Assembly (NCBI GenBank): GCA_038231515.1
Contig: JBBRLF010000001.1
Coordinates: forward strand, 1 to 55,390
Direction of reading: 5' to 3'
Source of the DNA: a candidate division WWE3 bacterium
GTDB lineage: Bacteria; Bdellovibrionota; UBA1018; UBA923
DNA length: 55,390 nucleotides
Part shown: positions 34,211 to 43,411 of the stretch, piece by piece
How the letters are laid out: every line of letters starts with the position of its first letter
How positions within the stretch are numbered: position 1 is the stretch's first letter
Made by a program: the position numbers and the translations under genes
The notes under the pieces: model-generated
Seen by the model: only the letters and a program-made list of their open reading frames with translations
What the model was told of the DNA's origin: nothing
Database searches by the model: none

Positions 34211-35397
34211 GTCCCCGACATCTACAACCCGCGCTTATTGCCTTCGGAATGCTGCTGGCGTCGACAGCCACGGCAGCCTTCATCGATCTGCATGCCCACC
34301 CGTTCATGGATGACGGCCTGGGCACGCTGTTTCACGGCAAGTTCGAAGGCGAGCTGCGGGCCACCGACTGGCGCGCGAATCTCTATTCCCAGATCAATAT
34401 CGAATCGCTGGAAAAATCCAACCTGGGACTCGTCGTTGTTTCGCTCTACGCCCATCCCATCGCGTCCAACGGACGGCGCGACTCGATTCGTCGGCAGCTC
34501 GCACGGGCCCACGCGTTCGTCAAAACCCATCCCCACTGGATCATCGCCACCAGCCCGCTTGAAGCCCGGCGCGCGCGCGCCAATGGAAAAGGAGTACTGG
34601 TGCTGGCGCTCGAAGGAGCCTCGGGCATTCTTGAGACTGAAGAAGACCTGCGCGAATTTGTCGACGAGCAGGGCCTGCGCATTGTCACCTTTCTGCACCT
34701 GACCGACGATCATCTGGGTGGGGCCGCATTTTTTCGCTCGTTTCGCGGCTTTATCATGTCGCCGATTTCGTGGTTTCTGCAGATGTTTTCGCCGACCGTG
34801 GACGAGTACGACGCCAAACTCAATCGCAATGGGCTGACCGCCGATGGAGCCGACCTTGCGCGCCGGCTCATCAAACGGAAAGTGTGGCTCGATCTGGCGC
34901 ATGCCTCGGATAAAGCGCAGGCGGGACTACTACCCCTGCTCGCGGGGCATCAGCCCCTGCTGTACACGCACACGGTGTTGCGCAAATACCTGCACTCCGA
35001 GCGCGGCATTACCGAGGCGCAGCTTGAGCAGGTTAAAAAAACTTCTGGAATCGTGGGCCTGATGCCCAGCGAAGAAATGCTCGAAGGCACCCCCGCAAGC
35101 TGTGCCGACGGAATTCACGAGCTGGCAGCGCAGTTCGCGATAGTAGCGCAGCACATTGGCGCTGCCTCAACCCAGATTGGGAGCGACTTCAATGGTGGCA
35201 TCAATCATCTCATGCCGCCCAAGTGCGCCACGGGCACCGCGCTGGACGCGCAAGGCCTTTGGAATATCGGACAAAGCGGGCAGCTGTGGCTGACGCTCAA
35301 GGCGCTGGGCGTACCCTGGCCCCAAGCGACCACCGCAGCCGACGACGAGTTTATTGCCACCTTTCTGGCGGCCTGGTCAAAGGTTACTGGGACTTGA
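34207..35397 (+). CDS. Exported membrane-dipeptidase (peptidase M19)-like metallohydrolase
   Basis: The track ORF (34057) is over-extended. The ATG at 34207 forms an ATGA overlap with the upstream stop and gives the signal peptide MSPRHLQPALIAFGMLLASTATAA. M19-like landmarks are IDLHAHP, LALEGASG, DLAHASD, LYTHT and IGSDFNGG. Confidence 0.65.
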   Translation: MSPRHLQPALIAFGMLLASTATAAFIDLHAHPFMDDGLGTLFHGKFEGELRATDWRANLYSQINIESLEKSNLGLVVVSLYAHPIASNGRRDSIRRQLARAHAFVKTHPHWIIATSPLEARRARANGKGVLVLALEGASGILETEEDLREFVDEQGLRIVTFLHLTDDHLGGAAFFRSFRGFIMSPISWFLQMFSPTVDEYDAKLNRNGLTADGADLARRLIKRKVWLDLAHASDKAQAGLLPLLAGHQPLLYTHTVLRKYLHSERGITEAQLEQVKKTSGIVGLMPSEEMLEGTPASCADGIHELAAQFAIVAQHIGAASTQIGSDFNGGINHLMPPKCATGTALDAQGLWNIGQSGQLWLTLKALGVPWPQATTAADDEFIATFLAAWSKVTGT

Positions 35398-36712
35398 GCG
35401 TTTCGTAGAAGTAGCGAAAATCCTTGCCCGGCATTCCCACCAGGTCGGCATCTTTGTACTTGCGCCCCTGAAACCGATTTCCACTCTGGGTCATACGCGC
35501 AAACTCATTTGATTTCACGAAATGGTTGCTCTTGGTTTCGGGCACCGTGCGCACCGGCGAGACAATCGGAATATCGTTTTTAACCGCCTGATAGATCTCG
35601 GTGTAGATCCCCTTCGAGCGGAACTCCGCATGCGTCTTGAGCCACGCAATGGCATGCGCCTGATCCCAGATGCGGCCCGAGGTAAGCGGATAGTGGTACT
35701 GCCAGATCTCTTCGACCATCTTGCGCTTGTCGAACAGCTCCAGGCCCCGGGTGCCAAACAGCAGCTCGGGCCAGGCCATACCGATCATGGTGGAGTCGGG
35801 CAAGCTCGTCTGATCGGGATGCTGACCCAGCCAGTTGGCGGCCTTCTGGCCCACTCCCATCAGCGGCAGCGCGCGATCAAAATAGATTTTCGGATACCAG
35901 AAGCTGATCTTGAGCGACTCTGATACTTCTTTGGGAACGATACCCGCGGTATTGAGCGCGTAAAAAACAAAGTCACCGCAGTTGTAGCCGTTCACGAGCT
36001 GCGCGTTGGCCGGGTCATAGGGAAGGTTAGGACGCTCGGCGCCCGTGCGCATGAACGAATATCCCTCTGTCGTTCCTTTATAGCTGTGGAACGAGGTCAG
36101 AATTTTTTCAGCCTGGTCGGTATTCATATACCAGCCGCCCTCGTAATCGGCATCACCCAGGGGCACGATGTCTTTGACGAAGTTTTGATAGTTACCCTGC
36201 AGCTTGCCGTTGGCATCGCGGATGGGCTCGGCCAGCCCGCGCACGCCCTTCGTAAGAAACGCCGAGATATTCACGCTGCCCGACCAGGCGGTGAAAATGT
36301 CGGTTTTGCGGCCAGCAAAGGCGAACATATAAGGATCAACCTGCTTGTCGATTTCGGGATGATGACTGATGAAGTCATCTGAGAGATGAATCCAGATCAG
36401 GTAGTGACCCATGTCGGTGCGTTCGCCCAGCTTGCCCACGTTAAAGCCCAAGGTGCGCGCCAGACCGCGAAACGCTTTTCGTTTCTGAAAAAGCTGATTG
36501 ATGATTTCAATCGAAGCTTCCGTTTCTGGAAACGTCTGCTCGCCGGTCATCGGATAAACAGAGTCGAACACATGCACGGCAACCCAGCTTTTGTCGTTGG
36601 GAGGCTGCACCGGTTTCGGTTGCGGCCGCGCAGGTGCAAGTGCCTGCGCCGAGGTGCTCAGTAAAATCAGCAGCACCGCAACGGCATTCTTCCTTGAATG
36701 GCTGTTCATCAT
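35384..36712 (-). CDS. Hypothetical exported protein
   Basis: Signal peptide MMNSHSRKNAVAVLLILLSTSAQALA. 442 aa. 14-bp 3' overlap with the convergent M19-like gene. No family recognised. Confidence 0.6.
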   Translation of the reverse strand: MMNSHSRKNAVAVLLILLSTSAQALAPARPQPKPVQPPNDKSWVAVHVFDSVYPMTGEQTFPETEASIEIINQLFQKRKAFRGLARTLGFNVGKLGERTDMGHYLIWIHLSDDFISHHPEIDKQVDPYMFAFAGRKTDIFTAWSGSVNISAFLTKGVRGLAEPIRDANGKLQGNYQNFVKDIVPLGDADYEGGWYMNTDQAEKILTSFHSYKGTTEGYSFMRTGAERPNLPYDPANAQLVNGYNCGDFVFYALNTAGIVPKEVSESLKISFWYPKIYFDRALPLMGVGQKAANWLGQHPDQTSLPDSTMIGMAWPELLFGTRGLELFDKRKMVEEIWQYHYPLTSGRIWDQAHAIAWLKTHAEFRSKGIYTEIYQAVKNDIPIVSPVRTVPETKSNHFVKSNEFARMTQSGNRFQGRKYKDADLVGMPGKDFRYFYETLKSQ

Positions 36713-36782
36713 TCCCCCGAAATTTTAATGGTTACTCATTCGCGCTTGCCCCAGTTTAAGCGACACCGCTCGGCGGTACTAC

Positions 36783-37991
36783 TTATTTGTTTAGGGGCGC
36801 ACGGAGTGACGGATGAGTCTCGCGCAGGAAATTGGCTAGTAATGCGGTAACGCAAAGCACTATCGCCAGCAGATGAACCGCGGGAAGAAATCCGGTTTGC
36901 GCGCTCTTAACCCATTGCATCGAAATAATGATGGCCACGCCACCGACGTTGCCTGCGAGCATCAGAATGCCAGTGGCGGCACCTGCTTTATCGGGGCCTG
37001 CAAGCTCGGCGCAGATTTGCAGCATGAGCGAGTAGGCGGGCAGAAAGAAAAACCCAAGCGCAGTGGCAAGCCCGATCACCGCGGATAGATTTGCGCTCCT
37101 GGTCAAGGGATAGATGGCGGCCAGAGCCGCCACGGTGCTGCCGATTAAGAATGGCTTGCGACGATGCATTCGATCAGAAAACCCGGGAATCACCGCAGCT
37201 CCAAAAATTCCACCCACGATCAGACAGCCGCCCACGATGCCCGCGTTTACCGCGTCAATTCCGTTCTGCGCCAAAATGGGCTCAAGCCAGGTTGTGAGGC
37301 CGTTGAAAAAGCCCATGCCCAAAAACGCCAACGTGAAGATGAGCGCCAAGGAGGGGTCCGAGCAAAGCGCGCCAAGCTGCTGCAGCAGCGGAAGCTGCGC
37401 CGGCTCGGCGATCTTGTTGACGTGCGCTGGATTGGACGGATTAGGATGCACGACAAGAAAAAACAAGGCAGTGACCGCCAGTGAGATCGCCGCAAAGATC
37501 ACCATCGTCATTTGAAAGCCGCACCACTGCACCAGCGTGGGTGTGGCCACCATACCTGCGGCCATTCCGACAAACATCCCAACTGTACCAATTCCTGTGG
37601 CAATCGCCTCTTCTTCTTTGCCAAACCAATCCAGTACCAGCTTGGTGATGCCATTCACGACCAGCGGCTGGCCCAGCGAGATGCCCGCCTGCGCGGCCAA
37701 AAGCCACCCAAATCCAGGAGCAAATACTCTGACGCACGCAAAGCCCGCCATGAGCAGCAAGCCCAGGCCAATACCAAAGCGGTAGCCACGCCGGTCAATC
37801 AGCGAGCCAGCCGGAATCGAGATCAGAATATAGGTCAGCGGAAACACCATCAGCAGCAGTCCGGCGCGATCTTCCGAGACTCCATAGGTCTTCTCGATAA
37901 ACGAGACCAGCGGGGCGAAGCTCAGCCATAAAAACTGACTCAGTCCCGCCGCCAACGCGAAACACCCCAGTACCAGCCACTTTTTCTTCAT
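36783..37991 (-). CDS. MFS transporter
   Basis: 12-TM profile. Motif GSLIDRRGYR in loop 2-3. 402 aa. Confidence 0.85.
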   Translation of the reverse strand: MKKKWLVLGCFALAAGLSQFLWLSFAPLVSFIEKTYGVSEDRAGLLLMVFPLTYILISIPAGSLIDRRGYRFGIGLGLLLMAGFACVRVFAPGFGWLLAAQAGISLGQPLVVNGITKLVLDWFGKEEEAIATGIGTVGMFVGMAAGMVATPTLVQWCGFQMTMVIFAAISLAVTALFFLVVHPNPSNPAHVNKIAEPAQLPLLQQLGALCSDPSLALIFTLAFLGMGFFNGLTTWLEPILAQNGIDAVNAGIVGGCLIVGGIFGAAVIPGFSDRMHRRKPFLIGSTVAALAAIYPLTRSANLSAVIGLATALGFFFLPAYSLMLQICAELAGPDKAGAATGILMLAGNVGGVAIIISMQWVKSAQTGFLPAVHLLAIVLCVTALLANFLRETHPSLRAPLNK

Positions 37992-38048
37992 GCCAAAATG
38001 GTAGCATGCCGCAGTTCAGGCGGGCTTTGGATTTGCCGATAAGTAGAC

Positions 38049-38519
38049 ATGTCCGAGTCTGCAACAGAAGCCCTCATTCGCCACTGGGCAAATGCTGCCC
38101 CCCACGCCTGGCTGAAAGAAAATCCACCCTGGGTTGAGCTTTTCGCCGATCTGCTCGCACGCATGCCTGGCGTGGCGCTCCAAAAACTATTGGGCTCGGC
38201 TCGCCCCCTGCTCGTGCTGCCACCCGTTTATTTTGGTCGGGTCGTACGCCTGACTGCCGCGCTGCCTGCCGGTGCCAACATTCTACAGCTCGATGAGCGC
38301 CTGCTGGAACGTCCACGGGAAGAGGCCGTAGGCATACTGGCCCATGAGCTGGCTCACCTGTGCGTGCCCACGCCCCCCCATGCCGATGAGCTTAAAAACG
38401 ATCTCGAGGCCGACCAGCTTGCAGTGTCTTGGGGGTTTCGCTCTGAGTTAGTCCAGGCGTTGTGTCGCGATCTTGAAGAAGATCATCCTCGAATTCTTGC
38501 CGTTCAGAACGCTGCCTGA
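38049..38519 (+). CDS. Small HExxH-motif protein (putative zinc metallopeptidase-like)
   Basis: ILAHELAHLCVP in a 156-aa soluble protein. No signal peptide seen. Confidence 0.5.
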   Translation: MSESATEALIRHWANAAPHAWLKENPPWVELFADLLARMPGVALQKLLGSARPLLVLPPVYFGRVVRLTAALPAGANILQLDERLLERPREEAVGILAHELAHLCVPTPPHADELKNDLEADQLAVSWGFRSELVQALCRDLEEDHPRILAVQNAA

Positions 38520-38533
38520 TAAAACTTGGTATC

Positions 38534-39778
38534 GTGAACCAACTCCGAACTCTCATTGCGCTTTCCACATTGCTCTTGCTCGTAAGCTTTACGAACGCGT
38601 CCGCCGACGCCCTTCCACCCGTCGGGCCAGCGAGCTCAGAAAACCTAAGTGAGCAGCTGCGCACGACCACGACAAAAATCATTCCGCTGCCCATCTATTC
38701 CACGGTCCCTAACGAAGGCAGCACCTACGGCTTCATGCCCGTGTTTCTGGTGGTCGAAGGAAAATCGCAACACACCGACGCCATCATGGCGCCCAGCATT
38801 TCGTGGAACCGGATCATCCGCTTTACCGCGACTTATCGCCTCTACTACTATCCGGCCGAAGACGAAACTTTCACCGCCATTCCCAGCATCAGCTCGAACG
38901 TCAATCGCAACATCACGCTCGAGTATGGCAAGCGGCCCCAGGGTGCGGGCAAGTTTTCAAAGGAAGCTTCCTTTCATGCCCGGCGCAGCATCTTTTACAG
39001 ATTCTTTGGCGTTGGACCGCAAACCAACGCTGGCAGCGAGACGAGCTACACCCGCGTGGGTGGCGACCTGAATGCACGTCTCGGCTACAACCTCACCCCC
39101 TACTTCAACGTGGGCGGGCGAGTATCGTTGTTCCGCGATCTGGTCGAGCGCAAGAATGTCGATTTCCTGCCGCTGACAACCGACGTGTTTCCAGGCACGC
39201 CCGGCCTGGGTGGAGCAACCACGCTTTTCGAAGGCCTGAGCCTGCGCTACGACACCCGCCCCGACCGCGAATACTCGAACTCCGGCGTGGCCACCGAGCT
39301 GCTCGCGGGTTTGAACCAGGGCTTGCAGGGTGCCAGCACTTTTGGCCGCCTGCAGTTTGAAACGAAATATCTTTGGGAAGAGTTCTCGTTTCTCAATGGG
39401 GGCGCGCGCGCCTTCTGGAGCTACACGCCCGGGGCAAATATTCCATTTTATGATCAGAGCTCGCTGGGCGGCTCCTTTCGCCTGCGCGGCTTTACCGAAG
39501 ACCGCTTCATCGACAAGGGAGCCTGGGAAATCGAGCTCGAGCAACGCATCGTACTTTTTTCGACTCACATTTACGGAGTCGTCGCCGACTGGCGCCTTGA
39601 CCCCTTCGTGGCCGTAGGCCAGGTTTATCACGACGCAGCCGAGATGTTTCATTACGCCAAAGTTAGCGGCGGTCTGGGATTTCGGGCCTATGTGCGGCCC
39701 AATGTATTGGGCCGCGTTGATGTTGCGGAGGGCGGCGAGGGCCTGAAAGTTTATGTTGAGCTGGGATTGCCATTTTAG
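38534..39778 (+). CDS. Omp85/BamA-family beta-barrel (bacterial surface antigen domain) without obvious POTRA repeats
   Basis: Signal peptide present. C-terminal pattern LGGSFRLRGFTEDRF...GLGFRAYVRPNVLGRVDVAEG...VELGLPF. Confidence 0.6.
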   Translation: MNQLRTLIALSTLLLLVSFTNASADALPPVGPASSENLSEQLRTTTTKIIPLPIYSTVPNEGSTYGFMPVFLVVEGKSQHTDAIMAPSISWNRIIRFTATYRLYYYPAEDETFTAIPSISSNVNRNITLEYGKRPQGAGKFSKEASFHARRSIFYRFFGVGPQTNAGSETSYTRVGGDLNARLGYNLTPYFNVGGRVSLFRDLVERKNVDFLPLTTDVFPGTPGLGGATTLFEGLSLRYDTRPDREYSNSGVATELLAGLNQGLQGASTFGRLQFETKYLWEEFSFLNGGARAFWSYTPGANIPFYDQSSLGGSFRLRGFTEDRFIDKGAWEIELEQRIVLFSTHIYGVVADWRLDPFVAVGQVYHDAAEMFHYAKVSGGLGFRAYVRPNVLGRVDVAEGGEGLKVYVELGLPF

Positions 39779-39846
39779 TTTGTACGCATGGGGCGTGCGT
39801 GCGTGAACTTGCCTCAGGTCTTCTGACACCTGCCCCAAGCATTCCG

Positions 39847-40806
39847 CTACCGGTGTCGCCAAACCCAAAAACTGCGCTTTAGCCGAGCCAAAACCCCATT
39901 AACCGCCGCCCCGAATAGCGTAATCATCGCCAATCCGGCAGCCTTTAGGCGAAGAGCAAGGCCAGCCTCCGAATCCCAAACCGTCTCCCAGCAAACGCGC
40001 CGCACCTCCACCAGCTGCATGGCCTGATAAAGCTCACTGGCGTAGTCGTAGCGTCGGCGCGCCAGCGCGCAGCCAATCGCAGCGCGGTGTTCGGAATAAG
40101 CTTCGTCAGTCAGCAAGCGTTGGCACAGCTCGACTAGCTCCGCCTTGCCCTTAAGCGCAAGCTTGGTGCCCAGATTGCCGCCGTGGTTTCGCCACGCTGC
40201 TACGACCTCGGGCACTGCTGCCAGCTCCCAGTCGCGGGCAATTTTGAGCCAAAGCGGATACTCGCCTATGGTTTTAAATACCGGGTCAAAGCGCAGCCCG
40301 CGCTCGACGCATTGACGCCGAAAAAGGGTGGCTCCAGCGCAGATGAAGTTGTCGGCGACGAGGTCGCCAAAAACGCGACCAGCCGGGCGATGCAGCGACG
40401 CCAGGGGCAGGGCCTGGGCGCCCGCTTCGCGTAAAAAATCAGCCTGCCCATAGGCCAGCCCCACGCGATGATCTTCGAAGCAGGGCACGAGCAGCTCAAG
40501 CTTGCGCGGATAATAAATATCATCAGAGTCGAGCAGACAGATCAGCTCGCCCGTGGCCACTTCCAGCGCGGCATTGCGCGTACGCTCCTGTCCACGATTG
40601 ACGCCCTGGGGATGGGTGAAGATCTTGATTTTGTCCGGGTGTTTCTCCGCATACTTCCGGGCAATCTGCAGACTCCAGTCCGTCGAGCCATCGTCCCAGA
40701 TCAGGTGCTCAAAATCGCCATAAGTCTGAGCCAGCACCGACTCGATAGCAGCAGCTATAAAGTGTTCGTGATTATACAGCGCGGTGATGACCGAGACTCT
40801 TGCCAT
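39847..40806 (-). CDS. Family 2 glycosyltransferase
   Basis: VSVITALYNHEHFIAAAIESVLAQTY, DDGSTD and LDSDD motifs. Confidence 0.85.
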   Translation of the reverse strand: MARVSVITALYNHEHFIAAAIESVLAQTYGDFEHLIWDDGSTDWSLQIARKYAEKHPDKIKIFTHPQGVNRGQERTRNAALEVATGELICLLDSDDIYYPRKLELLVPCFEDHRVGLAYGQADFLREAGAQALPLASLHRPAGRVFGDLVADNFICAGATLFRRQCVERGLRFDPVFKTIGEYPLWLKIARDWELAAVPEVVAAWRNHGGNLGTKLALKGKAELVELCQRLLTDEAYSEHRAAIGCALARRRYDYASELYQAMQLVEVRRVCWETVWDSEAGLALRLKAAGLAMITLFGAAVNGVLARLKRSFWVWRHR

Positions 40807-40842
40807 AACCCTAGCCTAGAATAGTCCGAAGGCTTCGTCATT

Positions 40843-40872
40843 GAGACTCGGAGAGACTCGGAGAGAGTCGGA
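40843..40872. repeat. Three tandem 10-bp direct repeats in a divergent promoter region
   Basis: GAGACTCGGA GAGACTCGGA GAGAGTCGGA. Confidence 0.9.
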
Positions 40873-40948
40873 TGCCCTTGCTAAGGCAATGCGTCGCGTC
40901 ATCAGGCTTTTCCCATCGCGTTAACCCGCACAATGTTATCCTATCCAG

Positions 40949-41557
40949 GTGCTTGTCATACTGTCGTATCTCTACCTCTCTTTTGTAGCGCTGACCTCAC
41001 GCATCCGCGTGACGTCAGCCAGTGAAGAATCCATCGTCACGCTGCGCGAACGCCGCCCGGCGGTGTATACCTTTTGGTTTCAGCATATTGTATTTCTGCT
41101 TTATTACTTCGGCACCCGCCGGATGCCCATTCTCATGACCCCGCAAGCCAAGACCGATCGGCTAACCCGACTTTCGGAATGGATGGGGCTGCGTGTGGCC
41201 AAGGGCTCACTCGAGGGCGGCGGGCGCCACGCCTTGGTGACGCTACTCGAGCAGCTTAAAGCAGGAACCGCAGTAACGATGCCAGCCGACGGAAGCCGTG
41301 GCCCTGAACGAAAATGCAAAGCTGGCTGCTTTATATTAGCGCAGGAAACCGGGTCGCCCATTATTCCCACCACCTGGCACGCGATGTTTCGAATCAAGAT
41401 TCCGGGCAAGTATGGGCCGCTTTATATTCCACTGCCCTTCAACTCGATTGAAATCAGGCTGGGTGCGCCGGTCATCATCAATCGGCACTATCAATTTGCC
41501 GAGCTCGAAGGCATTCGCACGCAGCTCACCAACCAGCTCGATCGGCTGGCAGAGTAA
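40949..41557 (+). CDS. DUF374-type (lysophospholipid acyltransferase-like) protein
   Basis: LSEWMGLRVAKGSLEGGGRHALVTLLEQLKAGTAVTMPADGSRGPERKCKAGCFILAQETGSPIIP resembles DUF374. The GTG start is uncertain. Confidence 0.6.
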   Translation: MLVILSYLYLSFVALTSRIRVTSASEESIVTLRERRPAVYTFWFQHIVFLLYYFGTRRMPILMTPQAKTDRLTRLSEWMGLRVAKGSLEGGGRHALVTLLEQLKAGTAVTMPADGSRGPERKCKAGCFILAQETGSPIIPTTWHAMFRIKIPGKYGPLYIPLPFNSIEIRLGAPVIINRHYQFAELEGIRTQLTNQLDRLAE

Positions 41558-41579
41558 ACCTCGCAATTAAAAAACCGAA

Positions 41580-42017
41580 TCAGAGACCAGAGCCTTCTGC
41601 TGGCGCGTTGCCCGGCTTGATCTCCCAGCGCTTGAACTCGTCATTCATCTGGGCATCGACGATCATATTGCGCTTTACCAGCTCGTCGGCCTGACGCATG
41701 CGATCGGCGATGCTGCGAATCAGAACCAGCAGCCAGCTCGGCAGCTTCTTGATTTCCTTGTCGAGCTTGGCAGGATCAAGCTTGATCACCTTGATGTCCG
41801 TGGCCGCTTCAGCCGTAGCCGAGCGTGGCTTGCCGTCGAAAAAAGAAAGCTCACCAATGAACTGTCCCGCATGCACCATGGCAATCGGCAGCCGCGTGCC
41901 GCCCGATTCCTTATAGATCTTCACGATCCCGTTTTGGATGATGAAAAGATCCTTGGTGGCGTCATTCTCTTTGAATAAAATCTCACCTTTTTTGAACTCG
42001 AGTGTGTGCTCTTCCAT
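41580..42017 (-). CDS. Stand-alone cyclic-nucleotide-binding domain protein
   Basis: CAP-effector fold pattern FKKGEILFKENDATKDLFIIQNGIVKIY...GQFIGELSFFDGKPRSATAEA. 145 aa with no output domain. Confidence 0.8.
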   Translation of the reverse strand: MEEHTLEFKKGEILFKENDATKDLFIIQNGIVKIYKESGGTRLPIAMVHAGQFIGELSFFDGKPRSATAEAATDIKVIKLDPAKLDKEIKKLPSWLLVLIRSIADRMRQADELVKRNMIVDAQMNDEFKRWEIKPGNAPAEGSGL

Positions 42018-42022
42018 GGTGA

Positions 42023-43330
42023 TTACTTCGCGTCAGTAACCTTCACCTGGCTCATCACGTAATCAATCGTGCGGTCTTCTTTGATTCGATAACGCAGCTG
42101 GCGAATGGCATTTTCGTCTTTTTCGTAAAGCTGACGAACCTGTTCTGGCGGCAGATTCAGGCGTTCGGACAGCTTGGTGTATTCCAGCTCCATATCCTTG
42201 CCTTCAATCTTGATCTTCTGCTCTTCGGCGATCTTATCGAGAATCAACGACGTCCGTACCTGCTCTTCGGCACGCTTCTGCAGCGACTCCGTGTTCTTGT
42301 CCAGATAATCGCGGATCATCTTTTCGGTGAAGCCCTGACGTTTGAGATGCTCCATGTTCTCTTTAATCAGATATTCGACCTGTGAGCGGATCAGCCCGCT
42401 CGGAACTTCAAACTTGTGCATGCCGCAGATTTCGTTCAGTACGCTCTCTTTGAGCTTTTCGCGCGACTCGCGGGCGCGATCTTCTGTCAGGGTTTCGACA
42501 ACCTTCTTGCGCAGCTCTGCCGACGTTTCCATCTTGAAGCGCTTGGCGAACTCGTCATCGAGCTCGGGCAGCTGCTTTTTCTTGAACTCGTGCAACGTCA
42601 CCGTGAACTCCGCGGTCTTGCCTGCGAGCTTGGGTTCGGAAAATTCGGCCGGAAAAGGAATTGGAAAGGTCTTCGTCTCACCCTTCTTCATGCCGATGAG
42701 CGCGTCTTCGAACTCCTCCATGAAGCTCTTCGAGCCAAGCTGAATCTGGCGATTTTCGCCCTGCAACTCAGGCAGCGCCTCGCCGCCCACATGGCCGCTG
42801 AAAGAAATTTCGCAGATGTCATCCGTCTTGGCCGGACCGCTGTAGCTCTCATTGGGCACAACTTCCGCATGCGACTCGCGAATGTTGTTGATGCTCTTTT
42901 CGATATCGGCATCGGTTACATCTGGATTCTGGCGGGTGACCTTTACCTTGGCGATGTCTTTTACTTCGATGTCTGGAAAGATTTCGATCTTGGCGGTAAA
43001 CGTCAATGACTCGCCGTCTTTAAGGTCGGCGCCGGATTTCGTTTCAATCTCGGGCATGCCGACGGCAAAAATTTTGTTGGCTTCGAGCGCCTGCACGTAG
43101 CTGTCGCGGATAACCTTGGAGTAAACATCCGACTTCACATCCTGCATGTAATACTGCTTGATGATCTGCAGCGGCACATGACCTTCGCGAAAGCCTTTGA
43201 TCTTGTCCGTCTTGCGCAGCTTATTGAGCTGCTTGGAGATGTATTCCTGAATGGAGTCCGGGTTCACGGAAATCGTGAGCTCGCGGACGATGGGACCCTT
43301 GGTTTCGACCTTACATTCGTAGTTCAACAT
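42023..43330 (-). CDS. tig: Trigger factor
   Basis: N-terminal ribosome-binding motif GFREGHVP, a PPIase-like middle domain and a C-terminal arm. 435 aa. Confidence 0.93.
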   Translation of the reverse strand: MLNYECKVETKGPIVRELTISVNPDSIQEYISKQLNKLRKTDKIKGFREGHVPLQIIKQYYMQDVKSDVYSKVIRDSYVQALEANKIFAVGMPEIETKSGADLKDGESLTFTAKIEIFPDIEVKDIAKVKVTRQNPDVTDADIEKSINNIRESHAEVVPNESYSGPAKTDDICEISFSGHVGGEALPELQGENRQIQLGSKSFMEEFEDALIGMKKGETKTFPIPFPAEFSEPKLAGKTAEFTVTLHEFKKKQLPELDDEFAKRFKMETSAELRKKVVETLTEDRARESREKLKESVLNEICGMHKFEVPSGLIRSQVEYLIKENMEHLKRQGFTEKMIRDYLDKNTESLQKRAEEQVRTSLILDKIAEEQKIKIEGKDMELEYTKLSERLNLPPEQVRQLYEKDENAIRQLRYRIKEDRTIDYVMSQVKVTDAK

Positions 43331-43365
43331 ATGGACGAGTTTTTACGCAAATACGAGGGGTTCCG

Positions 43366-43411
43366 TCAACTACAAATGAGCGGTCAACGGCGCCGGGCGC
43401 CTGCCGCTCAA
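43366..43411 (-). repeat. Intergenic palindromic element, copy A (hairpin beginning at the truA stop codon)
   Basis: The minus strand reads TGAGCGG-ca-GGCGC-ccg-GCGCC-gttga-CCGCTC-ATTTGTAGTTGA. It shares its ends with copy B at 51678-51732. Confidence 0.7.

Noticed and set aside
38035-38042. GCCGATAA, the sigma28/FliA -10 consensus
   Set aside because: It lies only 7 nt before the ATG at 38049. No TAAA -35 element is found about 15 nt upstream, and the downstream gene is not flagellar. It is most likely a chance match.
15100-41500. Genomic island or prophage downstream of tRNA-Phe
   Set aside because: I saw no integrase, transposase, phage, conjugation or defence genes, and no further copy of the tRNA 3' end. 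The genes are exported proteins with host-like codon usage. The region may be accessory, but I cannot support a mobile-element call.
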